A DNA stretch of 64,000 nt, taken from assembly GCF_001194135.2 (NCBI RefSeq), contig NC_068986.1:46543650-46607649 (forward strand), in the 5' to 3' direction. Both the position numbers and the translations under genes were made by a program. Under the pieces are notes generated by a model that was not told where the DNA came from, searched no databases, and saw only the letters and a program-made list of their open reading frames with translations. Position 1 is the first letter of the stretch. Each line of letters starts with the position of its first letter. The stretch is from Octopus bimaculoides. Its lineage: Eukaryota. Below, in pieces: positions 26,722 through 40,790 of this stretch.

Positions 26722-27914
26722 ACACACTTTTATGTGTGTGTGTGTGTGTGTGGGGGGGGGCTATACCATCTTCCCAACTATCTCACTCAGGTTCCCAGTT
26801 TAGAAGCATGGCCCAAATATATTGCCATATAAGGCAAAGGCCAGCTATGAGAAATTTCCTGTATCACCATAACAGGAACTAATCACTACATGAACTTGGT
26901 TCAACCAATGAGATCAGCCAGTATGTAACAATCTAGTAGGCAGACTTCAAAGTAAGTTTTGTGAATTTTTGTACCAAATAGTTCTGGTGAAGGTTCTAGA
27001 AACTTATTGAATGTTATAATGGGCTGAGGGTACTAAACTCCTGCAACAAACAACCCTAGGTGTTATGCAGAACTTTATCAATCACCATGTAAAAATAGAA
27101 TAAACCGAAGGGTTACATATCCAGTGAATCAAAGCTATTCATTGTCTCATTCAGATTTGCAACTTTTACTAAACTAATTACTTAACTATTACAGAATTAA
27201 ATTTGTAATTCAAACAAATAGTCTGAACTACTTCTTGTCAATGTGTGAAGAGAATCTCTTTATGAAAATTTTCTATAAACTTACAAATTCTAATAATTCT
27301 ATTAGTATTTCTGCTATTTGATTATTTCAGTTTAGTATGAAAATGTATCTGCAACTAATGAATAATTAGGTGTCTAGTGGAGTACCATTACAAGATTCAA
27401 TTTTCTAATTGCATAGAATATCCTTTGTATTAAATCAGCACATGGATGTTTAAGATGGCAGACAGTTGGCATTGTGTACAACAATATTTCAGCTTATTCA
27501 ATGATGCTATGTGCAGATCTTGAATTCCTAATTATTGATCCACAAAAAACCGAAAATTCTGTTTTCTATATGAAGTACCTTTTTACTGGAGGTTATCTCC
27601 AGTAAGAAAGTGCTGTACTCCTTTAAATATCAACTCTTTTTCAAAGGTTCTGAAGTTCTTTCCACAGGCTCAGTGTGAATTGTGTAATATTATATTGTAG
27701 CCTTTTGCACTGGGCATAAAAACCATCTCCCTTTCTAGTACAGACCCAATCAATCATGCAGTTTTGTTTTAGTTACAAGCAATAAATATTTAATAGCCAG
27801 ATGCAATATGTACTGATTTGTGGTAATCTAGGCTGATAAAGAGCAGAGGAAAACTAGCTGTGGGGTCTTTTTCCATCTTGTGAGTTACTTAGTGACTCCA
27901 TTAGTACTGTTTTT

Positions 27915-28045
27915 AGTAAAATGGATGGTGTTAGGAAGGACATCCAGTCATAGAAAACCTTGCCAGAGCTTGATGCATTTCACAGACTCAATGAATCCTG
28001 TTGAACCATCCCATTCATGTCAGCATGGAAGATGATGATGATTAT
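27915..28045 (+). mobile_element. RTE-type 3' tail element
   Basis: gttaggaaggacatccag..agaaaaccttgccag...catgtcagcatggaagatgatgatg. Confidence 0.6.
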
Positions 28046-31000
28046 GACGACAACAGTAACAATGATAATGGTGATGATGTTGCAAGTCATACACATATGG
28101 TATTTATGTTTTATAATGGTTTTGAGGTTGTCTAACTTAAATTTTGAAAGAATTATGCATTTTTGTTGAATATATTTTCAATATTTTTTCATAACAGGCC
28201 ATGGTCAGAAAATAAGTTTGCAGTGTAGATAATTATTACATTACAATGATTTGTAATACCTTTGCTTCAAATCAAAAATTATTACCTTCAATTTCCAGAC
28301 ACTGCTTCAATATTCACACTTCAGTTTAATCAATGAATGTACAGTCAACTGTCCAATGCACAGATAATTAATATAAAGTGAGAAGCATCTCTCCCAATAT
28401 GCTGCAAAGTTTTAAGCACTAATTTTTCTACATGTCCTTAGTCAAGATCAAACAAATTGTAAGTAAATGAAATACTTGGACAGAAAAGATTAGATTGCTT
28501 ACCCTCACTGTCCATGTAAATAACGATATTTTCCATAAAGGACCAAGTTAAAAATAAATTCTATTGTTACATTGGAATCAAAGGCATTCAGATGCATCAT
28601 ATGTTATCTTGCTGCCAAAAGCTCATTTAATAATCCCTGAAATTATTTGAATTTGCAGAACTATCTAACAATATAAAAATATTGTTAAAACAAGTAGAAA
28701 AGAAAAACTTTCATCAATGAAGTCTGTAACTGAAATTATTTGTAAACACAGATTTTAGGACACATTAGATATGCACTTCTGAATGTAAGTCTGGATGCAC
28801 AATAGTTGAAAAAGATGGGATAGTCATAGCTAAAATGCTATTGGTTATATATTTGCTTGATCAGAGCTTATTTAGGGCCAACCAACAATTCGAATATGTC
28901 AGATTGATCTGTCAGATAAGATATTTGTTTCATTTTATCGTTAACATGTTTTTCTCTTAGCTCCATGACCTGGCTTTCCTTTGTTCGCTATCTGCCCAGA
29001 CTTCCACATATCAGCTACATATAGCATCTGTCTATTAAATATTAATTGCCTATTACTAAAACAAAGCTGTATCACTTAAGTTACTATATTAGTTACTATA
29101 TTAAGTTACTATATTAGTGAACATTTAAATGTTTAAATTCTTCAGTGACCACTTAATGCTAACCTATCCTAACTAATAAACAAACTTCTTTTACATTCAT
29201 CCTTATATATGTCTGTATGTGTTGTGTGTATGCAAGTGTGCATACACACAATGTGTATATATATATATATCATTTTATAAACACAGGATTTAAACATGAG
29301 CTACTATGAATTTCCTGTTTCTATATAATATAGAAGGCAGATGAGCTTGTATGGTATGCTGTGACCTATCCTGCAATCCTTCTAGCTCAAAATAAGCATG
29401 GCTACTCTGAGAAAATGCGTCAAAGAATGGGGAAGAAAGAAAGAAGACAAAGAAAGCTTGGAGGGAAGGGAGATAAGAGTTATGACCCTTTGGCTCATTA
29501 GAAGGGGGGGGGGATTAACGATGGTTCATGGGGTTAATTTGATATGGAAATGTTAAAGCTTGTAAGACTATATGCCTAACACAGGGAGGATTGTATTCTC
29601 CAGTGCAATAGTTGAAACCTGTCAAGATATTTGCATTTTATGAAAATCTGTGATCTTGAATGAAATAGACCAAAGAAGTTCTTAGATTTGAAGATATGAG
29701 TTCTTTCAGTTATAAAAAGCCTGCACCTCCTTAACCTATTAACATGCAGTGTGGATTGCTTAACGATGCTCCGTTGATGGTGTGTGGGTGGGATATTTTT
29801 AAGTGTAAGAACTCCATCAAGCAACTTATAAAATATTTGAATGTTCAATGTTTTGTCAGACACCAATAACTGCATAAAGTGAATAAAAACAGAGTATCAA
29901 CAACACAACATCGATACTTAAACATCATTAATATTTTATACTTCTGTTTATACTGTATAGCACAGTATTGATGTATATAGAATTGAAAATGCAGCTGAAG
30001 TTCTTTACTAATTCAAACCACTTAACTAATATGATCTGATTCCTGTCCAAAGTCAGTTTTATCTTTGTAAAGATTAAAGGTCACTTGTCATTTCTTTACA
30101 ATCAAGACATGAATGAAATATTATATGTAATTCCAAACAAAAATAGAAAATAATCCTCTTTTCTCTTTTCCCAAGATAAGAGATTTAGGTTAACTTGATT
30201 AAAAATCATACTCAAACAAAAGTTTTATCTAAATTTGATTGAACACAACTGTCGGTAGAATTTTTCCTGTTCTGACCAGTTTGGGTGAATAAGGATTATT
30301 AAAAGTATGAGAAGAACAGCATATTCTTGTTTAAATAAATACATTAAATTGCTGCATATGATATGTTATTCGGTTTCAAAGAAATGACTGCAAATATAAT
30401 TTCAAAGCATACACATCAAAATGTAGCATATTTGTATTTATACATGATATTAGCTCAAATAATTACTTATTTCTCATTATAATACACTTATTTTGTCACA
30501 AAGGAAATGGAATTTTTATAAGCTTCTAGTGCAATGTAAATATTTATCTCTGCAATTAACTATAGTAATTATGAAGTGAAAAACTATAATTCTTTGGGAT
30601 GGGCTACACTGATAATTAAAATGTTTTCATAAATAAAGAAATGAATGAATAGACATTAAAGATTAAAAGAGAAACATAAGAAAGGAAACAGAGAAATTAT
30701 TGGCTGTAATGGATAAAGAAAATAAATTTATGATGAATTATGTTAAATGGTGTGATTAATAGAAATAAGAAAATGTTCTATAGACGCATAACTAAAATGA
30801 CTTCAATATGTTACTGATTATTAGGTCATATTTTTATTCTGTTGTTTCAATATTTAATGACTTAGCCAGAGGACGAATGGTAGTTCCCATGATATTTGAA
30901 AAGCCTCCATGACTTAACAAGAGGAAGGAGGAAGTTATCCACAGAGTGGAGACTTGGTGTGAATATTTGTACTGAGGGAGATTCAGCAAAACATCCACTA

Positions 31001-31534
31001 GAAACAAGTGGTGATGTAAAACAGGGCAATAAATTAAGTCTACCATCAAAAAGCAAAACAGGAATGGTCATTCTGATGGACTCAAGAGATTTGTCTACTA
31101 AATTTGACTTGTTAGGCTTTGGCTGTCTCCAGACTGTAGTAGAAGACACTAGCCCAAGGTGCTATACAGATAGATTGAACCTGAAGTTATATAATGGCAA
31201 AGCAAACTTTCTAACTATGCAGCCATTCCTTCTGCTACTGCATGCAATGTTAAGGGGGTATTTTTCTTTATGGAGCAGGAGACAGTAAAATACAGAATTC
31301 AGTGCAGTAGTTTCTCGTTTAAAAATATATAAATTTAGGCTTGGTAAATGATTACAATAAATATCCAAAAACGTTAGTATTGAGTTACTAAACAAATTCA
31401 TTGTTATATTCACCTCCTAAGTTATTAAATGCTCACAGTCCAGCCAATGCCAGCACTAAAAATGAATGTTAATAATGAGGGCGATGTTGATGTTCATATT
31501 ACAAATGCAATAGCAAAGCTTTTTAAGTAAAATA

Positions 31535-31890
31535 GTTTGGTTAAGAGGCTTGCATTGTAACCATGTGGTTATAGGTTCAGTCTCACTGCCTGGCATCTTG
31601 GACAAATATCTTATACTATAGCCCTGGGCAGACCAATACTTTGTAAGTATATATGTATGTATATTTATATATATCTATGTATAGTGTGTATGTCTTTGAG
31701 CTTGTGTTTGACACCTCACCACTGCTTCACAACTGGTGCTACATTTTTTAATGTTCCTGTAACTTAGCAGTTCAGCTATAAATGAGTACTAATGAGTACT
31801 AATGTCAATTTGTTCAACTAAAATCAAGACAGTGCCCCTGCATGGCTGCAATCCAATGACTGAAGCAAGTAAAAGATAAAAGAACTAGAA
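31535..31890 (+). mobile_element. Family B SINE, full length, CpG-decayed
   Basis: ggttaagaggcttgc...ggttcagtctcactgcctggcatcttggacaa...gcatggctgcaatccaatgactgaagcaagtaaaagataaaag. Confidence 0.7.
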
Positions 31891-33134
31891 CTAAAGTATT
31901 CTACTCTAATGGAAACTTATAGCTGAGTAATACAGTCCAAATAATTAATAAAAGCAAGAGGTGAAGATTACCTTTCTGACCCACATTAGTTACTACATCA
32001 TTCTCCTTCAGTAGCTCCAAGATTACAGAATTTTCAATTTGATGGTTGTATCTCTGACCCCTTTTTACCTTGATTTTCCCCCCGCAGGCATTTTTTATAT
32101 ATGCTAACTTCATGGCAACATTTTGAATACATTGAGACGAAGAGAAAGTGAAGATGAAAGGTCTTTCATTTTATCTTGCTTCCTTTTACTTAGACAATTT
32201 TCTCATCAAAATATTACTTTCTAAAGTTGTGCATTTCTGTATTTAGATGAATCCTGCTTTTATATATTCCTTATTTAAATCTAAATAACTTTTTATTGAT
32301 CATATAACATTAAACATCTAAGTTACAATTAATCTCTACATATACTCTCCTTTCATTTATTATCACAATCTCTAGTTCCTCTTGTATTTTACCATCCATA
32401 TTTATTGATATATCAAATCTTTTCAGTTCACTATCCTGCTGCAATATTCTCCTAACTTCTTAATTTTCAGTCAGTATCTCTTGCACTTCCTTTCATAAAT
32501 AAGAAATATGACAACTCGGGTTATGCTAAATGTAACTCTTTTTTGGAGAGTGGCTATTAATAATGTCATTGCACAAGTATATTTATTGGCACAATAAATA
32601 TACTTAATTGTTGTTAAAAATCTGTAACGCAAGTAGCTGTTTGAATGAACTATGCTCCAGTCTGGCCTGGGAATACACTGAACTCAATGTCTAACACTGA
32701 ATTATTATATGTTATACTTTGCCATTTTGATTAGTATTTAAGCAATGGTACTTAGAGTCATATGCTAACATTTATTTAGAAAGGAACGAGATTATTTTTA
32801 AAAGAGAGAAGTTTTACTATCAAAACAAGTTGAATGGCTATCATCATCATCATCATCATAGATGGTCTAACATCCGGGTTTTCAATGTCTGCATGAGTCA
32901 ATTGGAATTCATTGAGGCAGATTACCTATGGTTGGAAGCACTTCTTGTTGCCAACCCATGACTGTTTCTAAGTAAAGTAATATTTCTCCATGGCTGGACA
33001 TGTTTTCATAAAAGATTGGAAACAAAGGACACCATTTGTATGATACTGCTGCTTTGTTTTTACATCTATTATACAATGTCAAGCCAAAGAGACAGGAAAT
33101 GCTAACACAATCCCCACCACAAACACATACACAT

Positions 33135-33300
33135 ATACGATGGCTTCTTTAAATTTCTGTTTACCAAATCCATTCAAAACACTTTAGGTTGACCTGGGGC
33201 CACAGTAGAAGACACTTGCCTAGGATGCCATGCAGTAGGAGGGAATCTGAAACCATGACGTTGAGAAGTAAACTTCTTAACCATACAGCCATACCTAGAC
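33135..33300 (-). mobile_element. Family B SINE head
   Basis: accaaatccattcaaaacactttaggttgacctggggccacagtagaagacacttgcc...cttcttaaccatacagcc. Confidence 0.65.
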
Positions 33301-33954
33301 CTTGGTTAAAGCAACTAAACCATTGAATAATATAGTTAGGATCATTCACTGTATATTACAAGCATATTCTCACAACCTGTAGTTCCATTTCTCATTGGAA
33401 CTTGGTTCAGATAGACTTAGATACAATATTGAGAAAACGACAATTTAGAAGCCTGTTCTCTGACTCAACTAAGTCATGCTTTATAAACAGATTAACTGCT
33501 TTGAGAGAGAAGAAAGAAAAAACTGAATATTACCATGTAACTAAATAATAATGTGTATGAGTGTGCATGTGTATGAGCGTGCATATGCATGTGTGTGTAT
33601 GTGTGTGTGTGTGTGTATATGAGTGCTTATGTGTATGTGTCTGTGAGAAAAAAAATTATGTTGACCTATATTTGTTGGAAAAACTTAACTGAGCTGAAAA
33701 CTCAACACTTCCATCATCATGATGTTTATTTTTTTCCCACACTGTTAGAAGCACATGGTCACAAGTTACTGCTGTGGATGTCATCTATTAGGTGTGTTAG
33801 AAAATATACATACATAGAGTGAAATGGTCCCAAGATTGATGATCATATTAATACTAAAAGTATGTTGTGTTTAGAAAGATAAAGAAATTTGTTGACTAAA
33901 TAAATACAGAATGTTAAGATCTGAGTAAATACTGAATGATCCATGATATACAGT

Positions 33955-34105
33955 GACAGGCATGGCTATATGATTACAAAGTTTACTTTGCAACCACATA
34001 GATTTGATTCAGTCCCAATGTACATCACTTTAGGCAATTATCTCCTATGCTTTGTGAATGAATTTGGTAGATGGAAACTGCAAGAAGCCTTTCATATATG
34101 CATGT
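33955..34105 (+). mobile_element. Family B SINE head, decayed
   Basis: caggcatggctatatgatt...gattcagtcccaatg...gaatttggtagatggaaactgcaagaagcc. Confidence 0.6.
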
Positions 34106-34808
34106 GCATACAAATGTACATGAATATTAATATCTCATGGCTTTGTTAAAATGTAATGGTGAATGAGATTTACATTCTTTCTTGAGATTGTGATTTCAAA
34201 GGCCTTTAGAATAATAATAATAATAAACCAAAACCTTTACTGGAAACAAATAAGGGATGGAAAAAAGAGGTGCATCAGGCCATAAAATCCTCCTTCAAAA
34301 TACATCCCCAAAGAATGAAAAACAAGCATTAAACAAACAAATGAATAGAGGAAGAGACATGATAATTACATTAAAAGTTAACTCTATAATGCTTAATGCT
34401 AATAAGTTGATGGGAAAGAAACAATAAATTTGAAACCATGGGTGAACTCAAATGTTTCTTCATGTTTGAACAATATTATTACATGCAAGCAATTACAATA
34501 GCTAGCAGTTATTGCGTAATTACTGTCATTGGGATAATTTACATATGACGCTCAGTCATCTTCTACTCTCTCACTCACCACCCTCTGACTTCTCTCAATC
34601 TCTCTCACTTCTAAAATGTGGGCAGTTATGTAGCTGCTCTGCAACAAGAAATCTGTTCTGCTATGGCCCACTCTATCTCATACTTTTATCCATTTTTTTG
34701 CTCCTCATCTCCTAGCACAAAGTTGTTCCCTTGAGGCTTGTAGTCTTGCAAACTGCATGATGGCCATATAAGTGTTGCTGACCCTCAAAAAAACACCCAG
34801 TAAAGTGT

Positions 34809-35135
34809 GAAGGTGCATGGTTCAATGGTTAGAGCACAATCATGAGGGACTGAGTTTGATTCCCAGACCAGGCTGTGTGTTGTGTTCTTAACCAAGACAC
34901 TTTATTTCACATTGCTCCAGTTCACCCAGCTGTTGAAATGGGTTGCAATGTTACTGGTGCCAAGCTGTATCAGCCTTTGCCTTTCACCTTGGATAACATT
35001 GGTGGCATGAAGAAGAGAGGCTGGTATGAATGGATGATTTATGGTCTTCCATAAGCAACCTTTCCTGGACTGGTGCCTTGGAGGGTAACTTTCTAGGTGC
35101 AATCTCATGACCATTCATGACCTAAGGGGTTCTTT
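34809..35135 (+). mobile_element. Older tRNA-derived SINE with a core-type central domain
   Basis: It has a decayed head (gcatggttcaatggttagagc...gagtttgattcccagacc) followed by caagacactttatttcacattgctccagttcacccagctg. Confidence 0.65.
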
Positions 35136-35262
35136 AAAGTGGTTAGCATTAGGAAAGGCATCCAACCCTAGAAACCATGCCAAAGCAGACACTGGAGCAC
35201 AGACCCTATCAAACCATCTAATCCATGTCAACATGGAACATGGATATTAAATGATGATGGTG
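35135..35262 (+). mobile_element. RTE-type 3' tail element
   Basis: ggttagcattaggaaaggcatccaacc...catgtcaacatggaacatggatattaaatgatgatg. Confidence 0.6.
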
Positions 35263-35858
35263 ATACATAGAGTGTTGAACAGGCAGATTTGTTATTATGT
35301 CAGAATGCTTTGTTGCATTTTCTTTGGGCCCTGAATGCTCTGAGTTCGAATCCTGCCAAGGTCAATTTTGCTTTTTAATCTTTCTGAGTCAATATCTATT
35401 TTACTAGCATTGTACAAAGTTCCATTCTTCTTTCTCACTTCCACTCTTTTCCTATGGAATAAATTAACTGTTTTCAGGCCAGGACAATGGTGGTTGGGGT
35501 TCTGCTTAACATTTAAAATGACCAAGACATACAATATATCGTAATAGCATTTCTCTGACATCATCAAAACTGGAGGATCCNNNNNNNNNNNNNNNNNNNN
35601 NNNNNNNNNNNNNNNNNNNNNNNNNNNNNNNNNNNNNNNNNNNNNNNNNNNNNNNNNNNNNNNNNNNNNNNNNNNNNNNNNNNNNNNNNNNNNNNNNNNN
35701 NNNNNNNNNNNNNNNNNNNNNNNNNNNNNNNNNNNNNNNNNNNNNNNNNNNNNNNNNNNNNNNNNNNNNNNNNNNNNNNNNNNNNNNNNNNNNNNNNNNN
35801 NNNNNNNNNNNNNNNNNNNNNNNNNNNNNNNNNNNNNNNNNNNNNNNNNNNNNNNNNN

Positions 35859-35921
<63 letters not shown>

Positions 35922-36254
35922 TATATGTATATAAGAACTTACACATGTGTGTGTCAGTGAGTGTTAGTGTGTGTGATCAGCATCAGTTAACGTTAACATT
36001 CATACTCCCATGCTTGCATGAATCAGATGGAATTTGTTGAGAAAGATTTTCTATAGGTAGATATCCTTCTGGTTGCCAACTTCCACCTGTTTTTCAGCAA
36101 GGTAATATTACCCATGGTTAGATACGCTTTCCATGGAATGCTGAAAATGATCAGCACTTGTTTAATGGTAATGCTTGTTTACAACCATCATGTGACGTCA
36201 AGGGTACACACAAATACACACATGCATATACACATTTGCATGTGTGTGTGTGTG

Positions 36255-36410
36255 TCATATATACAAAGAGTATCTTTCAGTTTTTTCTACCAAATCCACT
36301 CATAAGGCTTTGGTTTCTCTGGAGCTATGATGGAAAACATCTACCTGAGGTGCCAAGCAGACCACAGGATTGGAAAGCAAGCTTCTTAACTGCACAGACA
36401 TGTCTGCAAC
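36255..36410 (-). mobile_element. Family B SINE head
   Basis: ctaccaaatccactcataaggctttgg...gcaagcttcttaactgcacagac. Confidence 0.6.
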
Positions 36411-38207
36411 TATGTGTAAAGTATAACTCATTTTCTTTATATCAGACAGGTGGCTTACCCTTAGATAAGCTTAAAGAGACCAATAAGTAGTTTTAGTCTT
36501 CATATTAGTAATTTAGAGGCTAAAACTAACCTGCGAAAAGTACTCTACTTCCACTGTACTTTTAGCAGATTAGTTTAAAAGTACTCTAAGAGCAATCAGT
36601 AGAGGTAAACATGTTGTGGCATCTTATAGGTTCGTAAATTTGTGTATATAGATAAACTGTAAACAGAAAAAATTAGCATATAATAATATTTTGAACAATG
36701 TAAATGATTAACAAAATAATCAATACCATTTATGAACTGTCAGATATTATTCCTGTCAAAAGGCTTGCATTAAAACATTGATGATCAGCAGAGATAACTT
36801 CCTTGAAAATATAATCCATTTATCCTACAGAGAATGCTATTTATGATGATCCTAATGATAAGAAATAATCAATTAAAAACTGAATATGTGTATCTGTGTA
36901 AAATTTATGCAAGTGTACGTGTATAAATATATGGAGCAATATATGTGTATATAGAAGTCTTGCTATGCTTGCTACATGTACACATAGAGAATGGAATATG
37001 TGTATGTGTGAATGCATGTTAAGCAGCAGTTCTCATCAACCATCTATGTATTTATCTATTTACTTATCAATATGTGTGCATGCATCTGTGTGTATGTGTG
37101 TGTGCATACACACACTCAAACACGGACTTACACATACATGTTTATGTGTATGTGTGTATGTATGTATGTATGTATCTATATCTATCTATCTACATATATA
37201 TGCATATATTTTTAGTTAATCTGTCGTCCATAGGTCTTCATTCCCACTGCCTAGTATTACTGATATGTAATCTAATATAGTTTTTAAGCACCTACTATTT
37301 TACTTAGCCTAAAAATCTACCTATAAATTAAATACCTATAAGAACTCCCCCACTTTTTTGTTTTTTCCCTATAACCATACCCCTGTATCCATAGGCCTGA
37401 ATATAGAAAAATTCTTTTATACAATTTCTTTTTTATATAATTCTTTTATATATGTGCAGGCATGTGTTTATGTTTATCTATACACATGCATCTATATGCA
37501 CAGATGTACATGTAGTCATATGCATGTTTAGTTATATATTCATTTTATTTATCTTCTGCACATACGTGCTCAATTAAAATATGTATGAGCCACTATATAC
37601 TTGATATTTTCCTATTTATTCCTATTCTCGTCAACTGTATTCAAATATGCACCTACATATCCTAATCAATAACAGTTGATAAGTAAGCCCCAACTGGTCA
37701 AGCATTACAATTTCTATTCATCCTAAATCGTAATATATGTATCTCTCACTAATCCTATAAGAATCATCTACAGAATTTAGCTTCTTATATTAAATTTTTT
37801 TATTTTCTATTTATTATTTATATATATTTTTTATTTTCATATTTCTTTTCATTTATCTGTTTAATAATTATAATATTTTGTATATGTATATAGTATAACT
37901 ACAAATATTAAAAACATTCAATCGCTGAACATATTTTAAAACTTTAACCTGCTATCACTACAAACTTCCTTCATAAAGATACAATGATTACCCAAGAGGA
38001 GTTAGCTCTTTTTGAACCGTGAAATCCAACTATAAAATAGTATGAATGTCGCAATTTTCTTGACATTAAGCAACATGTTTGGAAACTCTCTCTGTTTATT
38101 AGTTTTGACACAAACATATATACAGGGTCTTATGATTATTTTCAACTTTTTTGAGCTTTCAAATTCCAATTTATTTGTAATGTTTTTTCAAAAATCGTCA
38201 TCTTTCT

Positions 38208-38238
<31 letters not shown>

Positions 38239-38371
38239 CATACACATATATACATATACATATACACATATNNNNNNNNNNNNNNNNNNNNNNNNNNNNN
38301 NNNNNNNNNNNNNNNNNNNNNNNNNNNNNNNNNNNNNNNNNNNNNNNNNNNNNNNNNNNNNNNNNNNNNNN

Positions 38372-38447
38372 CGCCCGGTCTGGGAATCGAAACCGCGATC
38401 CTATGATTGCGAGTCCGCTGCTCTAACCATTGGGCCATTGCGCCTCC
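38372..38447 (-). mobile_element. 5' head of the same tRNA-derived SINE family; the body is lost in an assembly gap
   Basis: It is near-identical to 53186-53261. Confidence 0.85.
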
Positions 38448-40536
38448 ATGTATACACATACACACATATAAATATACGTTGGCAGTCTGATAATTCTAAT
38501 ACGTTCGCCACCCTTGACGTTGCTATTATTCATGTGGTGTTCTCCATACCTTACCACTTACAAAATCGCCTTCCCTGCCCATATTGTCGTTGGCCGTTTC
38601 TTTCAATATATTCTCCTCTTACTCTTAAAATATGTATGTCTATCACTTACTATAGACTCTAGTTTCTAGCTATCCTCTTATTATCTTTACCCTGTCTTTG
38701 ATTGCTACTGCGCATTTATCCCTCACACTAGTTGTAGATCAATGCCTTCCATTAATGATCTATCTCATTCTCTCTCTGACGATGGTATTGTTCGCTACTA
38801 GAATCTTCTACCAAGGATCTACCTCATTTTCTTTCCGATGAAGGAATAAACAGCTCTTAAATAGGTAGCTACCCTTCGTTTGCAGGGAAATGCACTATAT
38901 GTGCACCTATTCCTGAAACAGCAGTAAGAGACTATCTGCACACCTCTCACTTTCTTTTGTTTTTATTCTCTCTTGTGACAACTCAGTAATTATGTTTAAA
39001 TATATAGATGCAATAATCTTCTCAATGATAAATTGCCAATAGCCACTCATAGCTAGGCAGCTATAACATTACTCTTTTTGTTTTAATCACAGTTCAAGTC
39101 GAAATTTTAGGTGGTAAATCAATTGCATGCCATTAGACGGAATATTACCTGAACTCTATAAGCACACACGCACGCACACACACACGCGTAATACATACAT
39201 ACATACATACATACATACATACATACGTACGTACATACGTACATACGTACATATGTGTGTGAGCACGCGCGCGGCAGTGGAATCTCCTGCCGCAGACGAC
39301 AGTTGAAGGTTCGGTAACTTCTTGCTGAACAAAGTGCACAGATGCTTTGCTTATCGTGATCAAGTGTAAATCATTTGGTCGAACAACTGAATCGATGCAG
39401 CCGAATGTGACGGAGACCCATCTAACTACTTATCTCTTTCTGTCTATCTCTGCCTCTCTCACGTGTATATGTGTGTTTCATTTAAACCGAGTCCAACAAA
39501 AGGGATTTTATTTAGGCTGAAGATACTCAGAGACAATTTAATAAGCAAAATGGGGTTTACATAGGTATTGTATGCTAAGAGCAATATAAGGTGCCAAACT
39601 TCTCTTGCTAAATAAACACAGACTTGTGTGCAGACGAAAGAAATGATCTTTGTTGGACTCATTGCTTTAGATGAACATGCTAACACTCTGCCTTCATGCT
39701 TCGTGTTATTTATTTTAAGTGGCTTATCTATGTTACTCTAGGCTACTAGCGTGTGTGCGTGTGTTTATGTGTGTGTGTGTGTGTAACTATATTAGTTTTC
39801 AATTTTGGCACAAGGCCAGCAATTTCGAGGGTGGGGCTATTTCGATTACATCAACTCCAGTGTTCAACGCACAACAGCCGAACGCCGCGTCGCTGGAACT
39901 GTAAAGCGCACAGTTCTATACAATGATTTTTGTGTTTTTTTTTCATAAACTAGGGGATGACTACTAACATTAAGCTTAAGGATTACATAATGTACAAGTA
40001 TAAAGAAAGAATTAAAGAAAAAAAATGACTCATTATATTGAATGTTATCGATAATATCGAGTGGAAAGTTTGATAATTTTTCAGATCTATCTATTGTCAA
40101 AAACTCTACTTCATTCATGTTTGTAATCTCACAATTTTACGCTCGCGTGATGCTAGGTGTACAAGAAACATACGAATGCAAATATTTGTAGAATCAGAGA
40201 GTCAGTGAACAGTTCCAATTATTCGGATTGCTACACACTATCTTCGATTTTGTTCTATTGTTTATAATGAACAAAATGGACGTTGCCATAATTTTTATCT
40301 AGGTTGTGCAAGTTCTCTAAGGTTGACATAGTATCTGGTATACGAAGAGCCAACACAATCTAAAGAAGTCTGTAGAGCTATGATCTTCCAGATCATTCAA
40401 AAATGCCCAATAATACTTTATTTTTATGGAAAGTAACAAAACCAATGAGCAGAGAAATTTTTAAAATAGTAAATGTTTTTAAACCGTCAATTATATAGTT
40501 ACTTCATCTACAAAAATTTCGTAGTTATCTATATAG

Positions 40537-40790
40537 GTGCAGGCATGGCTGTGTGGTTAAGATGCTCACTTTGCAATTAAGTGATTTCGGTTTCTGTCTC
40601 ATTGCTTGTCGCCCTGGATAAGTGTCTTTTACCATAGCTATGGGCTAACCAATGTCTTGCGAGCGAATTTTGTAGGCGGAAACTCATGCTCTCTATGTGT
40701 ATCTTTGTCTGTATTTATTTACTACCCACTTCTGACAACCAGTTTTGGTTTGTTAACGTTCTCATAAAGGTTCGACAAAAGGGACCGATT
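40537..40790 (+). mobile_element. Family B SINE
   Basis: ggtgcaggcatggctgtgtggttaag...gtgtcttttaccatagc...gacaaaagggaccgatt. Confidence 0.65.

Noticed and set aside
36459-36519. 61-nt minus-strand segment with good acceptor (gttttag) and donor (AGG|gtaagc)
   Set aside because: It has stops in all three frames. It shows that convincing pseudo-exons arise by chance here and tempers the microexon finding.
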